A DNA stretch of 64,000 nucleotides from the human T2T-CHM13v2.0 reference genome, Homo sapiens, in assembly GCF_009914755.1 (NCBI RefSeq), contig NC_060935.1; one strand, given 5' to 3'. Shown here piece by piece: positions 44,751 through 59,061 of the stretch. Made by a program: the position numbers and the translations under genes. The stretch's first letter is position 1. Every line of letters starts with the position of its first letter. The notes beneath the pieces were generated by a model that was given only the letters and a program-made list of their open reading frames with translations, searched no databases and was not told the DNA's origin.

Positions 44751-47512
44751 ACACCGCATCCCATTCCTATCCATGTGCCACAGAAGTCCAAGATTATATA
44801 AAGCTCCAGAACCATCCATCTTGTCCTCTGCCCTTTCTGAGTCACTGGAGCCTTTTATGTCTGCCCCATTTTGTCTCCAGACCTTGAAAATTACTTTCTC
44901 AGGATTCAAGTAAGATTTCAGAAATAGGACTCAAGACCTTCCTCTTTTTCCAGGATTCCTCCTCCCCAGATAGTTCCAGAAACTCTTTATAAGCCACAAG
45001 GAATGGTCCCAGCTGTCTTTCATGAACTCAGGTGTCCCTTGGCCACCTGTTTCCCAAGAGTTAAGTGTTTTCTGAAAGGAGATTATCCCCCAGCTCAGAG
45101 AAACCCAACTAGCTACCTCAGCTGCATCTATTCCACATTTTCCAGCAACCAGCAGTCCTGAGGGGCTGCAGACCCCAACCCAGTGATTGCTCCACATGTC
45201 CATTTACCTGAGTTCATGAATCTACAGCCAGCATGTTCCTGGGTTCCTCAGAGCTCATTTGTTTGGGGTTTCTTCAGGCTGAGAGCCATCTCAGCCAGGC
45301 TTCTTCAATCAAGAGGTCAAGAGCATACTGTGGCCTTACTCCCTCCCACCATTGCCCCCAACAATTTCAGTCATCAACAGAAGAGACAATGTGGCCACCC
45401 TAACAAAACATGTGAAACTTTTCAGGTGCATGTTCTTTACCTTGACATCAACTGGTGAATGTGCCACGTCAAACCTCAAGATGTTCCAACAAATTAGAAT
45501 CCAGTGATTAAGGAAGGGTCCTCTACTTGGTTAGTTTCCAAATCAAAAGACCTCCTTCAACTCACAATAAAATAACTATTTTATTTCCTTGATTTCTGCA
45601 CCAAAGATATATAGAGTGCCCGAAGTATGCAAAGTGTTTTTACATGCATTACCTGACCCTTGTAGCAATTCTATGAATCTACTGTGTATCATTGGCCCCT
45701 TTTAAAGATGAGGAAAATGATTCTCAAGCTAGTCGAATGGCTTTCCCAAGACCTCTGAGCCAGAGAATCATAAGCCAAATTAGGCATTCAGGGTGTTTTT
45801 TTCATATCATTCTGTTTTCTTTCCACTACCCTGCATTGCATCTCTGATTCTCAATATTCTCTTTCAACTCTGTCTGTATCATAAATTCTTACCTGGCACT
45901 CCCTACACAATTTTCAAAAATTAATTTCTTCAACAAATGATTTTGGGATGGATGCTCTGTGCCACATTCTAGGCTAGGTATGGGCACAAAATTGAGCAAG
46001 ACAAACATAACTTTTTTCTTCATGGGGCTTACAGTCCAGCAGATTAGCTGGAGGTGCCAAAAGCAGTGTACCAAAGGGAGTACTCAAAAATAGAGAATAA
46101 AAGACCTTTTATATGAAAAGTAAAAGGAAGTCAGAGTTTAATTCTTGTAAGTATCTATTAGGAAGACTCTTAGGTGCCCAAAAAGGTGATTCAAAAGGCT
46201 AAAGTGAGCCATTTTAAAAGAGTTCACCAAGCCTGCTTTCTGCAGCAACTGAGTAACTATGAGATGATTAGCTCATTTGGAGGACATTTTTATCTTCCCT
46301 TTTAAATGTGAAATTCTCAGACTAAGCCAGATATAGCTACTGTTAGGGTCAATGTTTTTATAACAACTTATTCATAGCTACAGTAAAGGCCAGAGCCAGT
46401 CTGATTAATGCAGCTAAACCACTGTCTACACTGAGGAGGAGGCCCCAGACCCAAATCAGTTGTCTGGGCCTCTTGTCAACCAGTCCAGTCACTAAATCTC
46501 ATAGGGCCTTCGTGTCCTCATCTATAACACAGAGGCTGTAATAACCTATCAAAAATGATTGTTAAGAGGATTCTTTGGGAAAATATACTCAAAAATGCTA
46601 TGAAAATTCTTAGTATAGAGTGAAGAGCCATCTAGGTTGTAAGATGAAAGACATAGACTGAGGATGGTAAAACCCCAAGGTAGAAGGATTCTCAGCAACA
46701 CAGTGGACTCTCAACTACCCATGCCCAGAGATGGGGGTAAAGTTCTATGTCTTTGAACCACTGTTAGTGTGGCTTTGTTGTAGTAGCTGAGCCTGTATCT
46801 CAATCCATGGAGATGTTAACTAGACTAAAGAATAAAGTAAATCAGCTGTATCTCTAGCAGAACCATGTTCACAAATATATTTCCTTAGAGAATTTCTTTC
46901 TCTAATCATTTACCTATAGATTATTTTACTATTGAAAGATGTGTATGTGTGTAAATTTTTTTGCAGGAATGTTCTCACGAGGAATTGGCAGCCTGAGGGG
47001 TTCTGTTTTCCTTTACCTTTTTGTGAAAGAGATAGACTCAGAAAAGGAACTGGATTTGACAAAACACAATCTGCTCTCAATTTTCAGCGTCCCACCTGTG
47101 GTCATTAAAATTAATAAGCCCAAAATTAAGAAGTGCACAACTTGAGCCACTGTGATTATTTTCTTGGAGCCATGGGAGTCAGGAACAACCCTGGGGTGTT
47201 TGGTAGGAGTTTTTTTGGAAGGAATGGAAAACTCTACTTTTAAATACCTAAAAAGAGAAAGGAAATAAAGCTTTCCTTAGATAGAGTAAGAAAAAAAATT
47301 TTGTTTTCTCTCTGAGAATCCCAATTGGCTGAGGCTAGCAACACTTGGAATATTCCCAGAGATAGATACAAACTATTTGGTTCAATAGGGAAGCAGACTC
47401 AGATCTAAGTAAGGAGCAACACATTTAGCAGCTGTGAGGTCTGATTTAGACCAATGGAGTCGAAGAGTAGCCATTAGCAGTTCTACATGATGCTCTGAAC
47501 TTCCATTGTCTC

Positions 47513-47960
47513 TGTGATGGTTAATTTTCTGGGTCAGCTTGACTGTGCTAAGGGATGATGCCCAGACACCTGGCAAAATATTATTTCTGGGTGTGTCCAT
47601 GAGAGTGTTTCCCAAAGAAATGTGCATTTGAATTGGTACTTAGAGCAAAGAAGATCACCCTCAGCAATGAGAGTGGACATCATGCAATCTACTGAGGGCA
47701 CAAATAGAAAAAAATAAGGCAGAGGAAGGGTAAATTTGCTCACTCTGCTTGAGCTGGGCCATCTGTCTTCTGTTGCCCTTAGACATGGGTGTTCCTGGTT
47801 CTCAGACCTTCAGACACAGGCTGGCACTCACATCATCGGCTCCCCTAATTCTCAGGCCTTCTAGTTTGGACTGGAACTACACCACTGGATTTCCGAGCCT
47901 CCAGCCTCTATAATCACAGGAACCAATACCTCAAAATAAGTCTCTTTCTATATCCCAATG

Positions 47961-47993
<33 letters not shown>

Positions 47994-48104
47994 ATACACA
48001 CATATATGTGGGAATATAGAAAGAGGTTCATTTTGAGGTATTGGATATATATGAGATATTATATATATATATATACATATATATATACATATATATATAT
48101 ACAC

Positions 48105-48157
<53 letters not shown>

Positions 48158-48205
48158 TATACCCAATCTGCTCCCTCAGTTTTGTGGTTGGGTAGAATTG
48201 GCCTC

Positions 48206-48236
<31 letters not shown>

Positions 48237-48655
48237 GTAGTATTATATACATATATTATCTATATATAGATTTTATATATATCTACATATATAGAGAGAG
48301 AGAGAGATAGATATAGATATAGGGTCCCCTGATAACCATGTGCCCCTCCCACTGTGGTGCCTCAGCTGGCCCTACCTTCTCCAGATTCTGGTTCAGCCCC
48401 TGACACCAACCAGCCATTGACTGCCCACCATCTCCCAGCTAAGTGATAAAAGTTCCTTTATCATGGGGCTGTTATTTGCATTTTGACAGAAGCCTTCTAT
48501 AACTTATGCTCAAACCCTGCATATATATCTATATCTATATATAGAGATATATAGATATAGATATTAGATATATTATCTTATATATATATTAGTAGATATA
48601 TGTATATGTATTTTTAGGATATATATACCTATATATCTCCTACTGGTTCTGATAC
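47513..48655 (+). mobile_element. MLT2B-like (ERVL) LTR with an expanded, rearranged (TA)n region
   Basis: TGTGATGGTTAATTTT..CTTGACTG..ATTATTTCTGGGTGTGTC..GGCAGAGGAAGGG..CTTGAGCTGGG. The 3' end TATCTCCTACTGGTTCTG resumes at about 48632. Confidence 0.85.
47959..48632. repeat. Compound (TA)n/(TG)n/(GA)n low-complexity tract with embedded unique fragments
   Basis: Directly visible; see findings. Confidence 0.9.
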
Positions 48656-48679
48656 AGTCTCTTAGCAAACAGTCCCAAT

Positions 48680-49650
<971 letters not shown>

Positions 49651-49689
49651 CTCAAGTAGCCAAACACTCTAAGGGTTGAAACTGGCTTT

Positions 49690-50070
49690 AGTTGTTCCAG
49701 AGACTCAAATGATAACATCCAAGCTTAGTTTCTTTGCATGTCTCAGCTCAGCCTCCTTTATGTGTTATTCTCAGCCTCAGGATGGTCCCCTTCCTGGTAG
49801 CAAATGACTGAAACAGCTCTAAGCCTTGCACAACCAAAGCCAGGTAAACAAGAGAAAGCCTTTCTTTCTACAAGTCCCAGGATATATCTCAACAGAGATT
49901 CCGCTTGGGATGTGTTCCCCTCTCTGAAACAGTGGCAGAGGGTGAGGTAATGAAGCACATGCCCCTGAATCTGAAGATGAGGCCAATTCTACCCAATCAC
50001 AAAACTGAGGGAGCAGAGTGGGTTTCCTAGGGGAAATTTAGGGTGCTGCTACCAGAAGGAGGGAGACTGT
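49690..50070 (-). mobile_element. Old MaLR LTR (MLT1J/K-like)
   Basis: GACTCAAATGAT..TCTCAGCTC..GGGAAATTTAGGGTGCTGCTACCAGAAG. Confidence 0.45.
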
Positions 50071-51683
50071 GCATTGAATCACAAACGATAAATGCTCAGT
50101 TATTTAGGGGAAAAAAGATTCATATGCTTATCACTTTAATGTGAGGTAGGTCAGCAGTGGCTACGAAGAGGTGTGGAACCAAGGGCTTATGGCAGAAAGA
50201 GGCTAGAACTGAAAGGAAGGATCTTGGAAGGTCACGTAGACTTGTGCACTATTCTTGATTCTGCTGCTAGCACAATGGGGCTCGTCACTCAATTTTATTT
50301 TGGGGGCCCTAAATTCCAGCTTCACCTCCATGCAGTGAGCTATCATGCCATATATTACCATTTCAGTTTTCCATTGAGATTCCTCACTAAAAAATAACGT
50401 GGTGATCTTAAACTCTCAGGCTTTTCCAACTCTAACCTTGTAGGATTCTTGCTCTGGCCTCTGGAATCCTCCTCCTGCTGTCTTTGGGTCCCCTGATAAC
50501 CATGTACCCCTCACGCTGTGGTGCCTCAGCTGGCCCTACCTTCTCTGGATTCTGGTTCAGCCCCTGACACCAAGCAGCCATTGAGTGCCCACCATCTCCC
50601 AGCTAAGTGATAAAAGTACCTTTGCCATAGGGTGGTTATTTGCATTTTGACAGAAGGCTTCTAGAACTTATGCTCAAACCCTGCACATTCACATAAAGTC
50701 CTGGGTGCTGCATGACTCTAAGCCTCATTCTGTACCTTGATAAGAACTGGGCCTGATTCATGCGTGCCCAAATGATAAAACACTACAGTAATGTCCAATC
50801 TCAACAGGAAATACTATATTTCTTCCCTTAACACCTCAGATGTATTAGAATGATGGAAATCAAGTAGGCAGTAGGGCCGCTCCAAAAACATTTCACGGAC
50901 TTGGCTACTTCCACATACAGTCAGCGCTACAATAATTAGGGAAAAGCAGACTTGAAGACGCCAACTTTTCAGACTTAAATAGTCCTACAACACGTAAAGC
51001 AACAAATCTATTGAAAATTTTTTGTACAAGTATTTGAACTTTCTCCTTGACGTAGGAGCTCTGAGTTAGCTCTAAAGCCATTTCCCTGAAACAAGTGTGG
51101 AGACACTGAACTGCGTGCAATTACAGGTTGTGCTTCCACAACGACACATTGTCTGGTGTGGCTTTGAAAGCTCATGAAGAAATGGTAGAAGGGATGTGGT
51201 GGGAACACTCATCCTAGGTCACTTTTACAATATCTCTTTGACTTTCAGCATTGACCTTCAGCATGGCCTTCTCACAGCATGCTCTGGCCTTCTCCACCTC
51301 TGGGCCTCTTTTCACACTGCCCCGCCTCTTTAAATGTCCTTTCCTCCCATCCCAGCTCTGCTTTCTCTACTATTTTCTCTTTTTTTCAAAGCTATTTTAA
51401 ACATTGTTGCCTCCAAGGAGTCTTTCCTGATCTCTCTGCTGGAAAAAATATGAGCCGCCTCTTAGCTCCCACAGCATGCTACCTCTATCTCCACTATGAC
51501 AACAAGAAATTAGCTTCCTTTAAAAAAAAAAAAGCCTCTGCTCAAACCCTGCACATTCACATAAAGGCTTGGGTGCTGCCTCATTCTGGACCTTGCTATG
51601 AACTGGGCCTGGTTAATGCCTGCTCAAATGATAACACAGTAATGTCCAAACTCAACAGGGAATATTCTATTTCTTTCTATAAC

Positions 51684-52336
51684 TGTGGTAGCAACCTCTG
51701 AGATGATCTCCAGTGATACCTGCCTCCTGGTGTGCATGCTCTGTGTTATCCACTCCCCTTGATGCCCTGAGTGTGGGCAGGACTTAGTGACTCCCTTATA
51801 GTAAATAGAATACTGAAAAAGTAATGGGATGCCACTTCCAAGAGATTAGTAAGATTAAAATACAAAAAGTCTCTGGCTTCCATTCTGAATGAATGAATCA
51901 ATCAATCTCTCTCTCTCTCTCTCTGTCGCTGTCTCTCTCTCTCTCTTTATAACCTGTCTCTCTCCCTTTTTGTCTCCCACTCTCTCCCCCTCACTACCCT
52001 TCTGAGGGAAGCCAGCTACCATATTGCTAGTTGCCCTTTGTAAGTTATCCCATGACCATGGGGCAAGGAACTGATGCTTACAACCAACAGCCCTCAAGGA
52101 ATCCTACCAAGAGCCATGTAAGTGAACTTGGAAGAGGATCCTCCTCCAGAAGAGTCTTCAGATGAGACCACAGCCCTGGCTAACACCTAGACAGCAGCCT
52201 GTGAGAGACCCTGAGCCAGAAGTTCTCAGCAAAGCCACATCTGGATTCTTAACCCATGGAAAGGCAATAAATATTTCCTATTTTAAGCAACTAAATTTTG
52301 AGGTAATTTATTACACAGCAATAGACAACTAATATA
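51684..52336 (+). mobile_element. MLT1F-like LTR
   Basis: TGTGGTAG..CTCCCCTTGA..GTGTGGGCAGGACTTAGTGACT..GGAAGCCAGCT..CTTCAGATGAGACCACAGCCCTGGC..ACAGCAATAGACAACTAATATA. Confidence 0.8.
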
Positions 52337-52489
52337 GTAACCAATCAAAAACGCCTTTCAGATTCCTACATTTTTTGGAAGATCCTTATCCATTCCTTCC
52401 CAGTATCTGCCCATCATGCCATAGACCACTTATTAGCCTTTGTTATTCTTCAACAACCTACTATTTTTTAGGCAATATGCTAGAGAATT

Positions 52490-52579
52490 AAGCTCAGAAT
52501 TTGATTATTCCAATGAATGCAACTCTTTTCCAAGAAGCTCAGAATTTCATTATTCCAATGAACTCAGCTCTTTTCCAAG
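52490..52579. repeat. 45-bp tandem duplication (2 copies)
   Basis: AAGCTCAGAATTTGATTATTCCAATGAATGCAACTCTTTTCCAAG then AAGCTCAGAATTTCATTATTCCAATGAACTCAGCTCTTTTCCAAG (41/45 identical). Confidence 0.9.
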
Positions 52580-53507
52580 AAATAGTATAGATATCCAAAC
52601 TTCAGAAAACTCTCCCATTAAAATGTAGTCCCAATGAAGTTGTAACAAGATATACTTTTTATATTTTTATATATTTAGTACCCCCATGATTCTATTTGCT
52701 GGTCCATTAATTCAGATAAATGTATATTTCATATTAATCAGATTGAACTATGGGAAGAGGGACAAAGTCTATTCAAGTCTGTTCAAATGTCCTAATTTGA
52801 ATGGGAAGTAAATCTTGTCATAAAGCCAAAAATCTTTCAGGAGAATCACTTGGTGGGGGTATTAGCTGACATTTGTAACATCCTTTTCACCTATTCATCA
52901 TGTTCTTCCACAAGCCCCAGCATGAGCATCACCAGGAAGTGACTTCAGTTGCTGAAAAGCAGGGGGCCTAGCCCTTTAGGAATGGCCCCTGTGGTGACAT
53001 TTATCTCTTAAAGGTCACGACTGCTTCTGGAAGAAGAGATGCTATTGTCATTGACACTGACTCTATTAATATTTCATCCAAGTCCTGCAAGGCTTTCTCC
53101 TGTGTCTGAATTCCTCATTGGTTTGGTTTGACATTATGTCAATTCATTTTGGCCTTCAGTTTCCTGAAAATTAATTTATGGATTTTTTTTAGTCAAATCA
53201 ACACTAAAAGCACTTATTGTGTATACATATGCTAGGTACAGTGGGAGTTGGAGGAAAAGACACAAAGATGACTAAAACATGAGATGATTCCTACAAAGTC
53301 AGAGTCTGAATAGCCCTGAATAAAGGTTTAGAAATAGTTCTATGCTCAAAGACCTCAACTATCACTAGAGCAGGACACTGAAGACCTAGCATGCTGATTC
53401 CAACTCTGTCACTCAACACTGCATATGCCTGGGTAACTTATTTTTCTTCTCTTAGCCTAAGTTGTCTCATCTGTGCAATAGGGAATTTTAAATTTAGAAC
53501 AGGATGC

Positions 53508-54163
53508 TGCTGCAGGCAGAATCCTAGAATGTCCTCCCAAGATTCCTGCCCCCTGATGTACACACCTTGTGTAATCTCCTCCCTGTGAGTGTGGCTTGGG
53601 CCTATGTATATGATGAGATTTTGCTCCCATTGTTGAGTTCTATTATGTGGCAAAAGTGAAGAGATTTTTGCAAATGTGAAGTCCCAAATTAGCTGATTTT
53701 GAGATAAAAGGGAGATTATGTGACTTCATCAGTTAACAGCTCTTAAAAGAGGAACTGGGCCCCTCCTGAGAAGAGAGATACTCCTTAGGCCTGGAAGGAC
53801 TAAGCTGCCATGTTATGAGAAGGCCTATGAGACAGTCGTGTGATGAGGATCTGTGAGCAGTGGCCTCTAGGGCTCAGAATGACACCCAACTGACAGCCTG
53901 CAAAAAAACAAGAACCCTTGTCCTAAAACTGCAAAGAAATTAATTCTTCCAACAACTACATGAGCTTGAAAGAGGACTCAAGCTCCAGAAAGAAACATGG
54001 CCCAGCCAACATCTTGATTGCAGTCTTGTGGGACCTTGAGCAGAGGACCCAGTTAAGCCATGCCCAGATGCCCAATCTATGGAAACAGTGAGATAATGAA
54101 CATATGTTGTTATAGGCCACAAAATTTGTGATAATTTGTTACATAGAAATAAAAAACTGATAT
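53508..54163 (+). mobile_element. MLT1E-like LTR
   Basis: GGCAGAATCCTAG..CCCAAGATTCCTGCCCCCTG..GAGATTTTTGCAAATG..TGAGCAGAGGACCCAGTTAAGCCATGCC..TAATTTGTTACATAGAAATAAAAAACTGATATA. Confidence 0.8.
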
Positions 54164-54439
54164 AGATTCTAGATACATTCCATCTTGCCCACTAACTCTA
54201 ATGATTGATCATATCTGCTTGGAGCAATATATTGAAAAGAATTCTAAGTCTGCATCTAAGCTCAGTTACAAAAAGTGTCATAATTGATTAATAATATCTA
54301 TCATGAATATTTTTCAGTGAGGACTCCTCTGAATGCAAGCAACAGAAAACATGACGCAAATTGACTTAAGCAGGGAGGAGTGTTTTGTTCTGCCAAGCCA
54401 GCAGCTGGAATCGCCCCAAAAGCAGCAGCAGGGGAATTT

Positions 54440-55233
54440 CCACAAAGGAGTTCCCCAAATTGTCCTGAGATGGGGCTGGTTGGGATTCCAAAGAAAGTAG
54501 TACTAAATGTCAGGGTGATCAGTCCAAAGCAATTATTAGGGGAACTTACAGAATGCTGCAGCAACCTTTGAGATGGACAGAAAGAGAAAAGAGGTGCTCT
54601 ACCTACGTATGTCTGCCATGAGGGTGTCAGGGTATGGAGTTTATACAAAGGTTTAAGAAATTTGGCTCAGGGCCAGGGCCAGTGTATTAGTCTTTTTCAT
54701 GCTGCTGATAAAGACATATCCAAGACTGAGTAATTTATAAGGAAAAAGAGGTTTAATGAACTGACAGTTCCAGATGGCTGGGGAGGCCTCACAATCATGG
54801 TGGAAGGCAAAAGGCACATCTTACATGGCAGCAGGCAAGACAGAATGAGAGTCAAGCAAAAAGGGAAACCCCTTATAAAACCATCACATCTCATGAGACT
54901 TATTCACTACCATGAGAACAGTATGGGGAAACCACCCCCATGATTCAAATATCTCCCACCACATCCCTCCCACAACACATGGGAATTATGGGAGCTACAA
55001 TTCAAGATGAGATTTGGGTGGGACACAGCCAAACCATATTATTTAGTTTCTTTCAGCGTTTTGGCAACAACCTAGACACCTATGTCAGCACCTAGAAATT
55101 TTCAAGGCCCCAGTTTGGGTTTGAGCCTGCTGAGAGAAATCTGCAGCTGGATGGGTCACAGAATGTTCAAGCACTCTGTGACTTTTCAGGAAGGACACAG
55201 AAAGAAAGCAGGGGGAACTGGGGGAACCTACAA
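54440..55233 (-). mobile_element. ERVL-class LTR (LTR32/LTR42-like) interrupted by THE1
   Basis: GGGTATGGAGTTTATA..TTTGGCTCAGGGCCAGGGCCAG | TTTCTTTCAG..CAGAAAGAAAGCAGGGGGAACTGGGGGAACCTACA. Confidence 0.55.
54683..55041 (-). mobile_element. THE1B/C solo LTR
   Basis: TGTATTAGTC..CATGCTGCTGATAAAGACAT..GAGGCCTCACAATCATGGTGGAAGG..TCTCATGAGACTTATTCACTACCATGAGAACAGTATGG..CAGCCAAACCATATTA. Confidence 0.92.
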
Positions 55234-56739
55234 TGGGGAAGGATTGTTAGATCTGGCATTTACTCAGCAAATATTTACTGAACCTCCACTGTGTGCTGAA
55301 CATTGTTCTAAGCACTGAAGTTAGAACAACAATGAAATCCCTGCCTTCAGAGTTCCCATGTCCATGGCTTATAGAAATGAAAATTCCAGGGATAGAGTTG
55401 ATTTCAGGCAATGGTTGAATCCAAGGGTTCAATATACTATTTCTGTGTTATAGCTCCTTTAGGCTTCAAGATTGCACCCTTTCTGCTCCACATCCCGTGG
55501 AAAAACGTTATTTTTTATATCTGCTTCCTAAAGCAATAAAGAAAACTCCCTCTTTACTGATCTTGATTGGATAGACTCAGGTCACACACCCACCCCTAAA
55601 CCAGTCACTATGTCCTGGACAAAGGAATGACTTAATCAGTCAAGCTGGCTCAATTCTTCAGCCCCAAAGAGGGAAATGAAGTTGGCTCCACCTAATGCAC
55701 CTGGTTTGGGACTGCAGAAGAGATGATTCTTGAGTAAGCTATCAGGGTCCTGCCACCAGAGAAACAGAAAATAATCAACATCCACCACAGAAAAGGAGTG
55801 AAGAGTGGCTAAAAATTCACCACATGTTTGGTCTTTGGATGCAAGATGATCCCTAAAGTCCTTTAAAATTCTAAAATTGAATACTACATATTCTTGTATT
55901 TTTATTAAATGTTATTGATTTCTAATGTCAAATGAAATATACGTTCAATGTAATAGAAAAAAATCAAGTGATGCAGCAATCTAAAAAGCAGAAGGCAATG
56001 TTCCCCAAGAACCTCTATCTACCCTACACCCAACATCGTAAAAATCGTCCTGAAAACATGCCTGTCCTTCCTGTGGCTATAATTCTATGGGCCACGTTTA
56101 TTTGGCACATAGGGTTTGGCACATATTTAGGGTACACATAGACTTCTGGAAGGAAGAGGAGTATAGACATTCAGGCTCTGGGAAAGAGACTCCAATACCC
56201 CAATGGCAAGATCATGGAGGAAGTCACAGATAATGGGAGAACATTCCTGGGACTACTACATCAAAGCCAAAGAGACCCCTACCTTTCCAACAAATGCCCA
56301 TCCATTTCCTCAATATTTAAGGAATCAGAGTGGCAAGGATCTCAGCCCCAAAGTGCCCTCTCTGGTGATTACACAGTATGATTGAAAGAGCATGGAACAT
56401 AAAATCAGTCAGACACAGGTGCAAATTTTGGCCACTCCCTAATTTCTCTCTGCCACTATCTAATTTTGGCCCTGCTACTACCTAATCCTGTGTAAGACCA
56501 CAGGAAGTTTACCATATTCCTCAAAGCTCCAGTCTTCTCATCTATAAAAACTGGAATAAGATACCCACCTACTAGTCCATGTGTGATTGAGTGAGGTAAC
56601 AGCACAGATGGCAATACCTAACAGGCACCTATGAATGAAGAGAATTAATGCAGAATGAGCCTGCATTGTGGCATGGAAAGCACACTAGACTGGAAGTCGA
56701 GAGTCGTAGTAGGCACAGTCCATTGGTTATTCAAGATCT

Positions 56740-57030
56740 TCTGTACAGAGCAGTTAAGACCTTGGACTCTGGAGCCAGACTGCCTTGGTTAGAATCCCAG
56801 CTTCATCATTTCCTGTGTTAAGTGGCTGGAATTTTACAAGTTACATGAAATTTTAAGTTACTTGAACATTCCATGTCTTGGTTTCTCTCTCTGTAAAATG
56901 ACAATGACAATAATCGTCCTTAATTCATAGGGTTGTTGCAAAGATTAAATGAGTTTAGTAAATGTGAAACACTTAGAATAGTGTGTAACACATTGTTTGC
57001 ACTCAATAAAGATTTGCTATTATTATTATG
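56740..57030 (+). mobile_element. MIR
   Basis: GGACTCTGGAGCCAGACTGCCT..AATCCCAGCT..CTGTAAAATG..ATAGGGTTGTTG..GATTAAATGAG..CACTCAATAAA. Confidence 0.75.
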
Positions 57031-57523
57031 CATGTATCCAATACACATTTATTGAAAATATATGTTCCAAGATCTATGTTAGATGCTAGAATTGCATAAA
57101 TGTATATATGTCAGTATCTTCCATGGAAGAGCTCAACACAAACACATAAATAGATTTTTTTATTGCAAAATGAGATCACAATTACAACAATAGAAGAATG
57201 AACAAATGCTATGGGAGCCCAGAAGAGGGAGCCTAACATTGGAAGAATAGGGAAGGCTTCACAGAGGGGAATATTTAAACTGCACCTTATGCTGATAAGC
57301 CATTTAAACAAGAAGGGCAAAGGAAATTGGGTCTGCGAGTAAAGCAATAGAAAAATTAAAAGCAGCTATATATTAGAAGCATTCCACTGAGTGAAAAAAA
57401 AGTAATAGATTTATAACACTACACAATTTCTGAAACATACAGCCTTGCACACAAAATGACAAGCTACATTTTACAAAAACACCTATAAAAAACACACAGA
57501 ATGACAGTGGAGAATCATGTTTT

Positions 57524-59061
57524 TTTGTTTGTTTGTTTGTTTGTTTTTTAAATCTTTCAATATTATTTAATGAAAAAGTCTCACACTGTCATGTACAGGA
57601 TATATCAACATTTACTACTCATCTGTCATGTTAGGAAAAACATCATTATTACACGCTTGGAAAATCCTCAAACCCATCTCTAGTGGATGTCTGTCATAAT
57701 TTAAAGGGTATTTTCCCCATTCAAATAAAACAATCTCTTGTAAAGCTACAATAGTTATATACCAAAGCAATATCTAGTTACATGCTTTACACAGTCCCGT
57801 GAAAAAATAATTTAATTGCTCCTAATCCCTGATGCAAGGCACTTCAAAGCACCCGCACAAAACGTCCATGTAAACAGCAGTACAGTACATCATTTAAATA
57901 ACATAAATGACTTCTACACAGCTTGACCTAGGAAAAAATAAAATCCATCATAGCCACAGCTAAAAAGCATGTTAAGATTCACAATAAGAATTTGTTTCTC
58001 TTATTATAAAGAGAAGAGCAATCATATAACCTCCTGGGAGTGGGGGAGACCTCATAAATATTTTATATTGATTGACAAAACAGCATGCTCCCTGGGTACG
58101 TATGAAATCAGAATATTCAGGAGTAACTGAGAGGATGCAAATAACATTTCTTAGTACCCAGCTTTAATATCTACCAGACCTGGTAGTCTGGATTATTTGT
58201 AGCACCATGGAAAACTCATTAGAAAATCACAAAGGTATACACCTCAACCTTTCTATGAGGTTCATTTAATTTATAGTAACAAACAGCAGTGATGCAGATA
58301 AAGAATCTTTAAAATTATTGGCTTACTGGATTTACCTAGCAAGAAAAATTCTATATTACTTATTTTAGTACATCTCATGTACATAAAGCACCAGTTTAAA
58401 TGAGAGTATCAAATATCTCCAGCATCTTTTTGCTTAGCCTAGAAGTTCATTTCTTATCACTTTCCATGGCACACTCTTAAAGCCAAGGAAGATAAAACTA
58501 GAATGGTTATAAATATGAATGGAGAAATTCAGTTCCTTCCCTATCATATTTACATGTCTCAAGTAAAACACAGATGAGTGGCAAAAGGTCTACTGCATTC
58601 TCTGGAACCTGCCACCCCAGAGTAGTTAACTGGCTACTAGAGGATTAACACACAGGGCTGAGCAGGTCAAAGCCAGGGCTCTGTCAGGTAAGGGCCAGTT
58701 TTTACTACTGAGCAACTCACAAACACCACTGGTAAAGCAAAGAGGTCTGAGTGTGCATATAGCTCAGGGAACCCTGAGTTTACCCTTAGTTACCACTAAA
58801 AACTAACAAATGAGACTCCACTGAGGCTTAACTTCATATACAAAAATCAACACCTTTGCCTCTTTGACAGTGGTAATTATTAGCATGCCCTTCTTAGGTA
58901 TAAAAGGGATAATGGTACTAGCTTTTATATTTGAATTAATTATCATTCCAGCTTTTTATATACTATATTTCATTTATGAAGAAATTGATTTTCTTTTGGG
59001 AGTCACTTTTAATCTGTAATTTTAAAATACATGTCTGAATATTTATAGTTGATTCTTAACT
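57524..59061 (-). pseudogene. 5'-truncated processed retrocopy of an mRNA 3'UTR (parent not identified)
   Basis: T/(GTTT)n tail at 57524-57549; ATTAAA on the minus strand at 57566-57571; 14-bp TSD GAGAATCATGTTTT at 57510-57523 and 59062-59075; empty site TTTT/AA matches the L1 endonuclease consensus. No TE similarity or meaningful ORF. Confidence 0.82.

Noticed and set aside
47931-48310. YI-repeat ORFs on both strands
   Set aside because: Translations of the (TA)n microsatellite.
47959-48632. Repeat-spacer-repeat layout superficially like a CRISPR array
   Set aside because: Eukaryotic DNA; the 'repeats' are variable microsatellite, the 'spacers' are local copies of unequal length, and there are no cas genes.
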